Source: Candidatus Bathyarchaeota archaeon (GTDB lineage Archaea > Thermoproteota > Bathyarchaeia > 40CM-2-53-6). Taken from it: a stretch of 60,123 nt of DNA. Positions 18,812 through 27,538 of the stretch are shown in pieces (position 1 is the stretch's first letter; every line of letters begins with the position of its first letter). The notes under the pieces were generated by a model that was given only the letters and a program-made list of their open reading frames with translations, was not told the origin of the DNA and made no database searches. The stretch covers positions 1 to 60,123 of the forward strand of contig VBBT01000107.1 in the NCBI GenBank assembly GCA_005881695.1, written 5' to 3'. A program made the translations under genes and the position numbers.

Positions 18812-19744
18812 TTGCCGGTCTTGACGATGCGATTACGCATCGCGCTTGCATTCCTCTCGATCTACACAATCTGGGGGTCTACCTACTTGGCGATTCGTTT
18901 TGCTATCGAAACATTTCCGCCGTTTCTGATGGCCGCAATTCGTTTTCTGATTGCCGGGGGAGTACTCTACGCCTGGATGCTTCTTAGAGGCGCCCCGCGT
19001 CCAACACGGGCTAACTGGAAGTCCGCAACGATCATCGGGGGATTACTGTTGCTCGGAGGCAACGGTGGGGTGACGAAGGCCGAACTGGTGATTCCCTCCA
19101 GCTTGGCTGCGGTATTGATCACAATCGTTCCAATCTGGATGGCTCTTTTGGAGCTGTTGCGAAAGGACCGCGTTGTCCCAACTCTACATGTCGTTATCGG
19201 CCTGGTCGTGGGGTTCGGAGGAGTTATTCTGCTGGTAGGACCTGGCGAGCTCGGTGGTAGTGGTGGATTGAACCCTCTCTGGGCTGGAGTCTTGATATTC
19301 GCCGCGCTCTCATGGGCAATCGGTTCAGTCTATTCTAGAAACGCACCTCTCCCAAAGACGCCGTTGCTAGGTAGTGGAATGGAGATGTTAGCCGGTGGAG
19401 CCCTCCTATTCGTGGCGTCATTAGTCTTTCGAGAATGGGCTGGTTTTCAGCCCGGTAACGTATCGTTTCTATCTCTTGTCTCGTTCATCTATCTGATAGT
19501 ATTCGGTTCCCTGATAGGCTTCTCATCCTATGTCTGGCTCCTAACAAAGACGACGACTGCGAGAGTCTCCACTTACGCGTACGTCAACCCAGTCGTGGCC
19601 GTCTTTCTCGGCTATTTCCTTGCCGCCGAGCAGTTGACTCTTCGGACCCTCCTAGCTTCCTCGGTCATAGTCATCGCAGTAGTTGTGATTACCACCTTCA
19701 AGTCGAGACAGACTGTTCCAGACGACGACGAGTCGAAGGGCTGA
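18812..19744 (+). CDS. EamA/DMT family transporter
   Basis: IWGSTYLAIR, RFLIAG, STYAYVNPVVAVFLG; about 10 TM. Confidence 0.92.
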   Translation: MPVLTMRLRIALAFLSIYTIWGSTYLAIRFAIETFPPFLMAAIRFLIAGGVLYAWMLLRGAPRPTRANWKSATIIGGLLLLGGNGGVTKAELVIPSSLAAVLITIVPIWMALLELLRKDRVVPTLHVVIGLVVGFGGVILLVGPGELGGSGGLNPLWAGVLIFAALSWAIGSVYSRNAPLPKTPLLGSGMEMLAGGALLFVASLVFREWAGFQPGNVSFLSLVSFIYLIVFGSLIGFSSYVWLLTKTTTARVSTYAYVNPVVAVFLGYFLAAEQLTLRTLLASSVIVIAVVVITTFKSRQTVPDDDESKG

Positions 19745-19811
19745 TTCTCTATTTTTCCAAAAAGTCCTCAAAGACGGCTCTTATACTTTCACAGCGGTCC
19801 ATGATTTAGAT

Positions 19812-20414
19812 ATGAGCCGGGCGCTGAAGGTTGAAGTTCGAGAGCTATCACCGGAACTGCTTGACGACTACTTCAGGTTCTTTGACCGGGACGCCTTCAC
19901 CGATTTTCCCGAGTGGTCCGGGTGCTACTGCGGATTCTACGACACGCCCGGAGATAGTTGGGACTCTACCGCCAAAGCTGGGCCTGCTCATCGAGAAGCT
20001 CGGGTCGAACGAATCAGATCAGGCAGAGCCCACGGTTTGCTAGCCATAGCAGATGGAAGAGTGGTTGGTTGGTGCAACGCACAGCCACGGTCTAACTTCG
20101 TAAATATGCGGAGGTATGCTACCGTCGTAGACGATCCCTCCGAGCCAGTTGGCTCGATCATGTGCTTCCTTGTAGCCCCCGGACATCGAGCAAAGGGTGT
20201 AGGCACCGCACTTCTGAATGCTGCTTGCGACAAGTTCCGCCGAGACAAGTTACGCGTCGCTGAGGGTTATCCCACAACAAATCCGGTCAAGAGGGCCTGG
20301 GAGACTCCGTGGGCCGAAGAGAACTACAAGGGATCCTTGAGCATGTATCTCAAAGCCGGCTTCAAGGTCCATCGCCAGCTAGAACGTTTCGCAATTGTGA
20401 GAAAGCAGCTCTGA
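19812..20414 (+). CDS. GNAT family acetyltransferase
   Basis: CYC motif, VVGWC, CFLVAPGHRAKGVG, EGYP, MYLKAGF. Confidence 0.88.
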   Translation: MSRALKVEVRELSPELLDDYFRFFDRDAFTDFPEWSGCYCGFYDTPGDSWDSTAKAGPAHREARVERIRSGRAHGLLAIADGRVVGWCNAQPRSNFVNMRRYATVVDDPSEPVGSIMCFLVAPGHRAKGVGTALLNAACDKFRRDKLRVAEGYPTTNPVKRAWETPWAEENYKGSLSMYLKAGFKVHRQLERFAIVRKQL

Positions 20415-20417
20415 GTC

Positions 20418-20981
20418 CTACAGTTCTCTGGCCATAACGATACTGTCGATGAATTTCCCGTTTCTCAGCATCTTCTTCGGTATCCTGCCGGCTTCCCTGA
20501 AGCCAGTCCTCTCGTACACGTGGATCGCACGTGGGTTGTTTGCGAAGACTTCTAATTCGATCGTTTTCAGTCCTGCTTTCCGAGACTCCTTGATCAGGGT
20601 GCGCATCATCTCCAAGCCTATTCCCCGATCCCTATGTTTCTTTGAGATGGCTATTCCAAGGTATCCGTGATGTTTTGTGTCTTCGTAGGACCCTCGCGTT
20701 ACTGAGCTGTTTCCTGCTAATCTTCCACCCAGTTCCGCGACAACGCCCACGATGCTCCCTCTTTCTATTCCAGTAAGCTGGTTGGCGAGCCACTTCGCCT
20801 CTTCCTCCCGTGTCTGTTTTCTGTCAGCTATAATTCCGAGGTTCGGCTCAGTATTCTTCTCACCGACCAGATCGTTGATGAAAGCTACACAATCGTCGAG
20901 GTCTTCCCACCTCAACGCTCGCAGAGTCACGCTCTCACCGTTGGACGATTTGAAACGTCGGTAGATTCTGCCCGTTTTCAT
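20418..20981 (-). CDS. GNAT family acetyltransferase (RimJ/RimL-like)
   Basis: LGIAISKKHRDRGIG, LEVFANNPRAIHVYERTGF; start chosen to avoid overlap with the upstream gene. Confidence 0.88.
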   Translation of the reverse strand: MKTGRIYRRFKSSNGESVTLRALRWEDLDDCVAFINDLVGEKNTEPNLGIIADRKQTREEEAKWLANQLTGIERGSIVGVVAELGGRLAGNSSVTRGSYEDTKHHGYLGIAISKKHRDRGIGLEMMRTLIKESRKAGLKTIELEVFANNPRAIHVYERTGFREAGRIPKKMLRNGKFIDSIVMAREL

Positions 20982-21000
20982 CCTCGGTTTGGACGCTTGT

Positions 21001-22320
21001 CTATTCCACCTTCCAGGTTGATCCCTTGATAGGCTGGTGGACCTTGCACAGGTCTTTGATGAAGAGTTCGTAGAGGTGCGGCTGCTCCGTATGGATCGGG
21101 ACAAGTGTCTTGGGACTGATCTTGGCGATTGTCTCTCGCAGTTCCGTGGGCATCATGTGTCCCGAGCTGTGAATCTGATACATCGGCAGTCCGAAATGGT
21201 TGAGCCAGTTCACGAAGCGATCATGGTCAATTTCCATCTCCTCGTTGAACGGTTCCGAGCTACTGTTGATGAACGCTCCGCCTGCATCAGGCTTGATGTC
21301 CAAGACCTCGTTCATATCATAGGAGCTGGCAGCTAGAATGAACTTTCCCTGCGCTTCCTTAACATCCTTCGATGTCCTCACCGTGCTAGTCTTCATGACT
21401 TCTTTTTCCCAGTTGTAGTAGGTCTTCTTCGATCGCTGGTAGACAACGACGCTGGGGTCGTGAGAGATATCTGGAATAGCCAGGTGCTTGTCTCTGACCA
21501 GTGCTTGCAGCAGATGAGCTTGCCTCAACGAGACCGCTAGGACCCTGTTGTTCTTCTTGGCAATCTCGTAAAACGTTCTCAATCTATCCACGTCTGCGGT
21601 CGAAAAATTTGCGAGAACCAGCCCGTTCGTTTTCCGAACCACATGATCAACTTTGTCAACCACTTCTGCTTCAGACTGCAAGTCACCACGGACCAGGTTT
21701 GTACCTTCGCAAAGAAAAAGCTCTGGATTCGACTTCTCCGCTTTCTCCGAAAAATCCTGTGTCAGGTCGGACCTCGGCCCGTGAGCTCTGAAATCGCCGC
21801 TGTACGCCAGGGTCCCTATCGAAGTGTGAAGTACGAACCCGTAGGATCCGGGCATGCTATGGTCTACATGAACCGGCTCCACCTCTATCCCTCCCATTTT
21901 CATCCGGTCCCCAGTTCGGAAAGTCTTGAACTGGATTCCATCAAGATCGTTCTCGAAACCTCCCGGACGAGCTGTCGAGAGGGCCTCTAGAATCATCTTC
22001 GTGGTCTCGCCGCAGTAAACCGGTATCTGGCGGTTGAGGAGGGAGACAGACATTGAATGGTCGATGTGGGCGTGGCTAAGGAACACAGCATCCGCAGGCA
22101 CTTCCCCTTCTCCCTTGTAGAGACCAGCGACGTCGGGGATGATTCCGAGACTGATTAGCCCGCTTTCGTTTCTGGGCGACAGGAAGGGTTCGGAGAAGAA
22201 TCGTCCCCTTTCTCCAAGGCTCATGCCGAAATCAAGCATGATTCTTGAGTCTCCGTCACGAACGAGGATCATGTTTCCTCCGATTTCGCCGGCCCCGCCG
22301 TAGAAAGTGATCTCGACCAT
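21001..22320 (-). CDS. MBL-fold/beta-CASP metallohydrolase (RNase J-like)
   Basis: GGAGEIGGN, LDFG, SHAHIDH, VDHS, YSGDFR, EGT, HSSGH, PIHTE. Confidence 0.9.
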   Translation of the reverse strand: MVEITFYGGAGEIGGNMILVRDGDSRIMLDFGMSLGERGRFFSEPFLSPRNESGLISLGIIPDVAGLYKGEGEVPADAVFLSHAHIDHSMSVSLLNRQIPVYCGETTKMILEALSTARPGGFENDLDGIQFKTFRTGDRMKMGGIEVEPVHVDHSMPGSYGFVLHTSIGTLAYSGDFRAHGPRSDLTQDFSEKAEKSNPELFLCEGTNLVRGDLQSEAEVVDKVDHVVRKTNGLVLANFSTADVDRLRTFYEIAKKNNRVLAVSLRQAHLLQALVRDKHLAIPDISHDPSVVVYQRSKKTYYNWEKEVMKTSTVRTSKDVKEAQGKFILAASSYDMNEVLDIKPDAGGAFINSSSEPFNEEMEIDHDRFVNWLNHFGLPMYQIHSSGHMMPTELRETIAKISPKTLVPIHTEQPHLYELFIKDLCKVHQPIKGSTWKVE

Positions 22321-22367
22321 GAACGTACTATCCTCGGGCTACTTCCTATTCTTCTGATTATAGAGCT

Positions 22368-22703
22368 TCAGACGTTTCTTCGAGGATGGGCTTGGACCTG
22401 GAGGAGATAACGGGGTCCGCTCTTCGAATCCTTCCGAATCGTAACCCTGTCCCCCGACCTCAACGCCTTGACCCTGATGAAAAAATGTGAGTGGGGAAGC
22501 TCGGGTCCTCTGCAAGAACAGGGGTAGGACTCGACCATGGCTCTTCGCGAACGGCCGTTCTGTAACATCTGAAATCTTCGGCCCAACGCTGGGAAGAAGG
22601 AGAGCCGGTCTTTCAGGACAATCACGTAACCACCCTGTTCCTCCTCTGAGGTGATCTTTTTCGAGTAGACGTCCTTCATCCTCATTTTGTTAGACCCTTC
22701 CAC
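22368..22703 (-). CDS. Hypothetical protein with CxC...HxH motif
   Basis: Intact basic ORF; CSCRGPELPHSH. Confidence 0.6.
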   Translation of the reverse strand: MEGSNKMRMKDVYSKKITSEEEQGGYVIVLKDRLSFFPALGRRFQMLQNGRSRRAMVESYPCSCRGPELPHSHFFIRVKALRSGDRVTIRKDSKSGPRYLLQVQAHPRRNV

Positions 22704-22828
22704 GAACGGTTACCTGAGATGATGATTCCGTTCAGAAGAAACTTTCTCTCCTCGCGAGTTCACTTTCAAGTGTCCCGCCAGATAGCTTTTCAACCCCCAG
22801 CCTGATACAACGTGATTGATCTGGCATC

Positions 22829-23527
22829 TTGGTCGATCTGATTGGATGGGTAATCGGGTTTTTCTCTGCCCACCCTTCCGGTCTAGTCGCCACACTTCTA
22901 TTCGTCTTTGTTGTTAGTATTCTTGGTAATCTCATTCCCTTCTTTCCAACACCCTACCTGGTAGTGGTAATCGGGGTCGTTCTGGATGAAAGCTATCTGG
23001 GAATCATTCAGATCGCGGCCATCGCGGCCCTTGGAGCGGCTACCGGAAAACTTGTCAGCTATGCTCTCGGATATGGGGCTCGACGAGCGATTCGTAAACA
23101 GGAGAGATTTGACTCTCTTCGAAAACTCTTGGGCGGAAGTACTTTCCTAGTCGGAGTCCTCTTCGCAGCCTCCCCACTTGTTGACGCGGCTTTCATTCCC
23201 ATGGGAATTATTCGATACAGCCCCCTGAAATCTTACCTAGCTCTCTATACTGGAAAATTCGTCTGGATTCTGTCTGTCCTCTACGTCGCGAGGCAATTGA
23301 GGCAACCCGTCGACCAGTTCTTCGGAGAAAACGTCTACGCATCGATCGTGTCAGCAGCACTAGTCATCTCCACCGCGTACCTCATCATCAGAGTTGATTG
23401 GGAGAGAAGGCTATTGGGACACAAGGATAGTCTTCGAAGCAGACTGCTAGGGAGGCTTCGAAACTTCTTGTCGAGAGGGCAAAGAAACGATGGACAAAGA
23501 CCCTCGCAACAAGACCCGGCCACATAG
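22829..23527 (+). CDS. VTT/DedA (SNARE-associated-like) membrane protein
   Basis: NLIPFFPTPY, AALGAATGKLVSYALG, ASPLVDAAFIPMG, GKFV. Confidence 0.8.
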   Translation: MVDLIGWVIGFFSAHPSGLVATLLFVFVVSILGNLIPFFPTPYLVVVIGVVLDESYLGIIQIAAIAALGAATGKLVSYALGYGARRAIRKQERFDSLRKLLGGSTFLVGVLFAASPLVDAAFIPMGIIRYSPLKSYLALYTGKFVWILSVLYVARQLRQPVDQFFGENVYASIVSAALVISTAYLIIRVDWERRLLGHKDSLRSRLLGRLRNFLSRGQRNDGQRPSQQDPAT

Positions 23528-23591
23528 GAACCCGAAGTGCATGGTTTTTCGCAAGGCAATTTAAGCGGGACCACCGCTCGAATCTCGGGAA

Positions 23592-24180
23592 ATGCCTCTG
23601 GGCACTGCTACCAAGCCTGATCGCCTCCGCAATGTATTGCAGGCCTTAGACATTGATGAGGCCAAGGGAATAATCACAGCCTACAACGAACGATTCCTCT
23701 TCATCCCCGTCGCTTTGATTCACTCTATCGAGGACCGGTTGACTGAGAGTTTCGGACCTATCACCGCCACTAGCTTCCAGTACAGTATCGGAAAGCAAGG
23801 TGGGGCACAATACATGAGCATGGCGAAAAAAATCCGGCCTGGATATTAAGAGTCAAGGTGATATCCAGAAGATTGCCGAGCGCCTAGGTACGCTCGGCGG
23901 ATGGGGAAAACTCACGATTGTCGATGTTGATCTCGCCAAAAAGATGGCTAGAATACGCTGGACAAACGGGGTCTCCGTAAGAAACAGAAAAGGCAAGACT
24001 CCAGTATGCCATTTCGGCCGCGGGATTCTCACCGGCGCAATGGAGCAGACGTTCGGCAGAAAATGCGAGTCCCTCGAAGTCTCCTGTCAAGGCAAAGGGG
24101 ATCGGGTCTGCGAGGCGATAATCGGTGAACCCGCCGAGATTACTCGAATTGCAGAACAGTCGAAGAGAGTGTCCGATTAG
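23592..24180 (+). pseudogene. V4R (4-vinyl reductase) domain protein split by frameshift in A7 run (23826-23832)
   Basis: Removing one A joins ORFs 23592 and 23944 via ...LGGWGKLTI... to CHFGRG...CESLEVSCQGKGDRVCE (about 195 aa). Confidence 0.75.
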
Positions 24181-24500
24181 TGGTTCGAGTTCGAAACCGA
24201 AGATCTAAGCAGTTTGTCTATTCCGTAGAAGGACTGGTCGCGATACTTTTCGCCCTGATCAGTAATTTTATACACTCTCCTGCTTCTTCGTGTTGGCGAC
24301 ATCCATTCGCCCGCGACGAGCCGGCGTTCCTCTAGCTCGTATAGTAGCGGGTAGAGTGTGCCTGCGCCGATATGGGCGCCGGTCTTAGTCTTCAGTTCTC
24401 GCATGATCTCGTATCCGTGCTTTCCGCCGTTGTCAAGGAGTGATAGCACAAAGAGGTCTAGAAAGCTCTTCACCATTCGCTCGTTGACGGCTCTGGTCAT
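24177..24500 (-). CDS. PadR family transcriptional regulator
   Basis: HGYEIM, GTLYPLLYELE, RRVYKITDQG. Confidence 0.92.
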   Translation of the reverse strand: MTRAVNERMVKSFLDLFVLSLLDNGGKHGYEIMRELKTKTGAHIGAGTLYPLLYELEERRLVAGEWMSPTRRSRRVYKITDQGEKYRDQSFYGIDKLLRSSVSNSNH

Positions 24501-24515
24501 ACTTTCACAGGGAAC

Positions 24516-24550
24516 TATCGAAGTACGATATTATCGAGTTTCAATATAAG
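24516..24550. promoter_or_regulatory. Tandem TATCG-N5-CGATA inverted repeats plus minus-strand TATA box upstream of padR
   Basis: TATCGaagtaCGATA (24516-24530), TATCGagtttCAATA (24532-24546), CTTATATT on minus strand (24543-24550). Confidence 0.6.
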
Positions 24551-24598
24551 CACCCCTCTTAAGAGGCTATCGCGCACAGGCTCTCGGTTGGACAGAAG

Positions 24599-25753
24599 TT
24601 GAGCCGCGAGACCGCCTTTCAGGGGTTGCAGTGCATCGGATGCCACTCCTCCTATTCGAAAGGCGAAATCCTCCAGAAGTGCCCAAAGTGCGGTGGGCTT
24701 CTGGATACAATAATCAATCCAGAGATTCTCAGCGGGAAGTCGAAAGACGATATCGACCGTACTCGATCCATGTGGAAATTCAGAGACTTCCTTCCAGTTG
24801 ATCCGACGGACAAGATTGTCTCTGCTGGAGAGGGAGATACTCCTCTCAGAAGGCTGAGCTCCTTTCAAGGAAACGTGTGGGTAAAAGATGAAACGAAAAA
24901 CCCGACAGGGACGTTCAAGGACAGGGGCGCTTCGTGTGCAATCACAGCTCTAACTCAAACTCAATTAGGCATCAAGGATCTCGTCCTATCATCTGAAGGC
25001 AACGCAGGATGCTCGTTCGCCCTCTACTCGCACATTGCAGATCTACGTTGCCAAGTGTTTCTGCCCCGGCAGGCGAATCCGGCAAAGGTCGAACTTTCCC
25101 GGAAACTAGGAGCAAAGGTTACCCTAGTTGACGGTACGATCGCAGACGCCGGACGCAGAGCGGAAGCTGTTGCAAAAGGGGAGGGGAGCTACAATGCCTC
25201 GACTTTCGTCACACCCTACCGTCATGACGGTAAAGGAACTATGGCCCTGGAGATGTGTGAACAGCTTGATTGGAGAGTTCCAGACTACGTTGTATACCCT
25301 GTTGGGGGTGGAGTCGGTCTCGTTGGGATGTGGAAGATGTTCTCTATTCTGGAAAAAATAGGATGGGTCAAAAAGAGACCCCGTTTCGCCGCGGTCCAGC
25401 CTGCCGGCTGCGCGCCAGTGGTCAAGGCCTACAATTCCAAGAAAGATGACGTGGACGAATGGAATAATCCCGAAACGATCGCCTTCGGTCTAAGAATACC
25501 TAAGCCACTTGCGGGAAAGTGGATTCTTCGCTGCCTCAGAGAATCAGACAGCATAGCTTTGTCCGTCACAGACAAGGAGATCCGCAAGTCCATGGGTCAA
25601 GCTCTCAAGGATGAAGGTCTGCTCCTCGAGCCCTCCAGTGCTTCAACAATCGCTGCACTACCCTATCTCTACGGGGAGAAGATGATCGATAAGTCAGAAG
25701 AAGTCGTTCTCATAGCGACTGGGTCCGGGCTCAAGACTCTAGAACAGTTCTAG
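24599..25753 (+). CDS. thrC: Threonine synthase
   Basis: N-terminal CxxC/CPKCGG, GEGDTPL, NPTGTFKDRG (PLP lysine), GNAG, PVGGG, EPSSA, TGSGLK. Confidence 0.9.
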   Translation: MSRETAFQGLQCIGCHSSYSKGEILQKCPKCGGLLDTIINPEILSGKSKDDIDRTRSMWKFRDFLPVDPTDKIVSAGEGDTPLRRLSSFQGNVWVKDETKNPTGTFKDRGASCAITALTQTQLGIKDLVLSSEGNAGCSFALYSHIADLRCQVFLPRQANPAKVELSRKLGAKVTLVDGTIADAGRRAEAVAKGEGSYNASTFVTPYRHDGKGTMALEMCEQLDWRVPDYVVYPVGGGVGLVGMWKMFSILEKIGWVKKRPRFAAVQPAGCAPVVKAYNSKKDDVDEWNNPETIAFGLRIPKPLAGKWILRCLRESDSIALSVTDKEIRKSMGQALKDEGLLLEPSSASTIAALPYLYGEKMIDKSEEVVLIATGSGLKTLEQF

Positions 25754-25861
25754 GGTCTTAATTCTCTAGCGCGGGGCTCCCTCATGAACTGTTTTTCGGC
25801 TTGGCATGGGCGACCCGGGCTCTGGGCCGAGCTAATCTGTCCCGGTCAGGGCTATCCTGAA

Positions 25862-26281
25862 TTATTTGACCAGTGCTGACAGTCTATCTGTTATGGTTCG
25901 CATTTTGTCGGAGTAGGATTCAAGTTTCGATTTGTCGGTTTTGTTCATGTCTTCAAAGTAGGAGACGTAGCCGCTGATCTCGTTCAGCATATCGTCGATC
26001 GACCGGGGACCGGCGAAATGGGACCCGAATGGCCACTCGTCTTCATCTCTCGTCTTCGCGGTGAGTTCGTACTTGCCATCCTCTCCTTTCTTGACGAGAC
26101 CGTCTTTCACCATTTCCTCAAGCATCGGGTACACTGAACCTGGTGAAGGTCTCCACCATCCCTGTGTCATGTTCTCTATTGCGTCCATTATCTCCATCCC
26201 GTTCTTTGGGGAGCGTCCCAGGATCGTGAGAATCAATGGCCTGAGCCCGCGTTTGCGGAAGTGTCCAAATCCACGAAACAT
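25862..26281 (-). CDS. PadR family transcriptional regulator
   Basis: NGMEIMDAIE, WRPSPGSVYPMLE, KYELT. Confidence 0.9.
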   Translation of the reverse strand: MFRGFGHFRKRGLRPLILTILGRSPKNGMEIMDAIENMTQGWWRPSPGSVYPMLEEMVKDGLVKKGEDGKYELTAKTRDEDEWPFGSHFAGPRSIDDMLNEISGYVSYFEDMNKTDKSKLESYSDKMRTITDRLSALVK

Positions 26282-26284
26282 TCG

Positions 26285-26328
26285 ATATCGCTTTTCCGAT
26301 ATTGGATATCCGATATCAGCATATAAGG
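26285..26328. promoter_or_regulatory. Overlapping ATATCG-N6-CGATAT inverted repeats plus TATA box upstream of second padR
   Basis: ATATCGcttttcCGATAT (26285-26302), ATATTGgatatcCGATAT (26299-26316), CCTTATAT on minus strand (26321-26328). Confidence 0.65.
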
Positions 26329-26640
26329 ATTCCCCACCCTAACCATGCAACCCGCAGGAATCAACGAATCTACGGGGAAATCGTCCGTTTCCAGCCCTGA
26401 TCCGCGATCTGGGACCTCCCTAAAGACTCTCCCGAGATTCGTTCGAGATTGTCGCGATCTTTCCAATGCCATCCCAGCCTGGATTGCGCCCTGATCGCTT
26501 GGACTCGCCCGGTATCCACCCCAAACAGGAAATGGTTTTTGGAAAATAGGGGGTCTTAGCGACTGCATCTCGCGAGACAGAAGAGCGGTTCCGGAAAATC
26601 ACGCTTATGTCCGAGTCGAGACACAACTATTCTTGCAGAT

Positions 26641-27153
26641 TTGACGGTCCAGATCGACGATGCGGGCGTCGGCGACCTCCTCCACGGAGTCATAGTCGGA
26701 GCGCACCGGAAAGAAACTGGCGAGTTTCACTACGATATCATACCCGTTTCATTTTTCCAGAGCCCGAGTTTTGGGCGGAAGATGTACCAGAAAAAAGCCA
26801 CAGAGCTCGCGCTCCAGCTCCTCTACCAGATGAAACTAGGCGAGAATGAGGACATCGAGATATGCAGTAGCTTCCTCTTCGACGAGACCAGACCCCATCT
26901 AGCCGAGAAATATGGAAAAACAAGGGTCAAGACCGCCGTGATTACGGGAGATGCCCAGAATAACGTGGAGACAGCCTACCTGGACGAGATCAGGAATCTG
27001 GGCTACGAGCCGATTCCTGAACGGGACGACAAGCGTGCGAGGAGCTTCTTTCACATGCTCAGATGGGTCAAGAATAACCCTGAACGGCTCAGATACGCAA
27101 AGACAGGCTGGCCGCGACTCAGGAGATACATCAACCTGCCAAGAAAGAAATAA
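26641..27153 (+). CDS. Hypothetical protein, RNase HII-like N-terminus
   Basis: QIDDAGVGDLLHGVIVG resembles GIDEAGRGP..GP.VV of RNase HII. Confidence 0.6.
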   Translation: MTVQIDDAGVGDLLHGVIVGAHRKETGEFHYDIIPVSFFQSPSFGRKMYQKKATELALQLLYQMKLGENEDIEICSSFLFDETRPHLAEKYGKTRVKTAVITGDAQNNVETAYLDEIRNLGYEPIPERDDKRARSFFHMLRWVKNNPERLRYAKTGWPRLRRYINLPRKK

Positions 27154-27180
27154 GTCGCGTCCCTGGTCATCCCGCTTGCT

Positions 27181-27495
27181 ATGAGCTTACTGGATATGAT
27201 CACTGGCGAGATGCTTCTTGTTCCTGGTGTCGAGATGAAGGACCATGGAGATGAAGAGGTCGAGCTGCATGTCCGTGGCAAATCTTTCGCGCACATACAC
27301 AGCCCCGACCGGATAGAGCTCCGGTTGCCACCCGACCTCAAAGAGGTCATGATCAGCCAAGGAACGGTTTCCCGATCCCCCGAGGTTCACGACCGAGAAG
27401 GATGGGTCATCCTCAAGCTCGGACCTAGACCGGATCTCCGCCGCATAATGAGGATTCTGCAACAGTCCTACCAGTTTGCCTCCTCCACAATCTAG
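27181..27495 (+). CDS. Luciferase-like/DUF5519 (YjbR-like fold) protein
   Basis: GKSFAHIH, LRLP, GWV motifs. Confidence 0.65.
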   Translation: MSLLDMITGEMLLVPGVEMKDHGDEEVELHVRGKSFAHIHSPDRIELRLPPDLKEVMISQGTVSRSPEVHDREGWVILKLGPRPDLRRIMRILQQSYQFASSTI

Positions 27496-27538
27496 CCGGA
27501 TGCGAGGAAGCGCCCTCTCAACGCTTATACTGTAACCA

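Noticed and set aside
22719-22805. C/D box sRNA (ATGATGA ... CTGA)
   Set aside because: Boxes are too far apart, with no convincing D'/C' pair or terminal stem
26515-26556. ORB-like sequence (CCAAACAGGAAATGG...GGAAAATAGGGGGT) suggesting an origin
   Set aside because: Single poor match, no inverted partner, no AT-rich unwinding element and no cdc6/orc1 nearby
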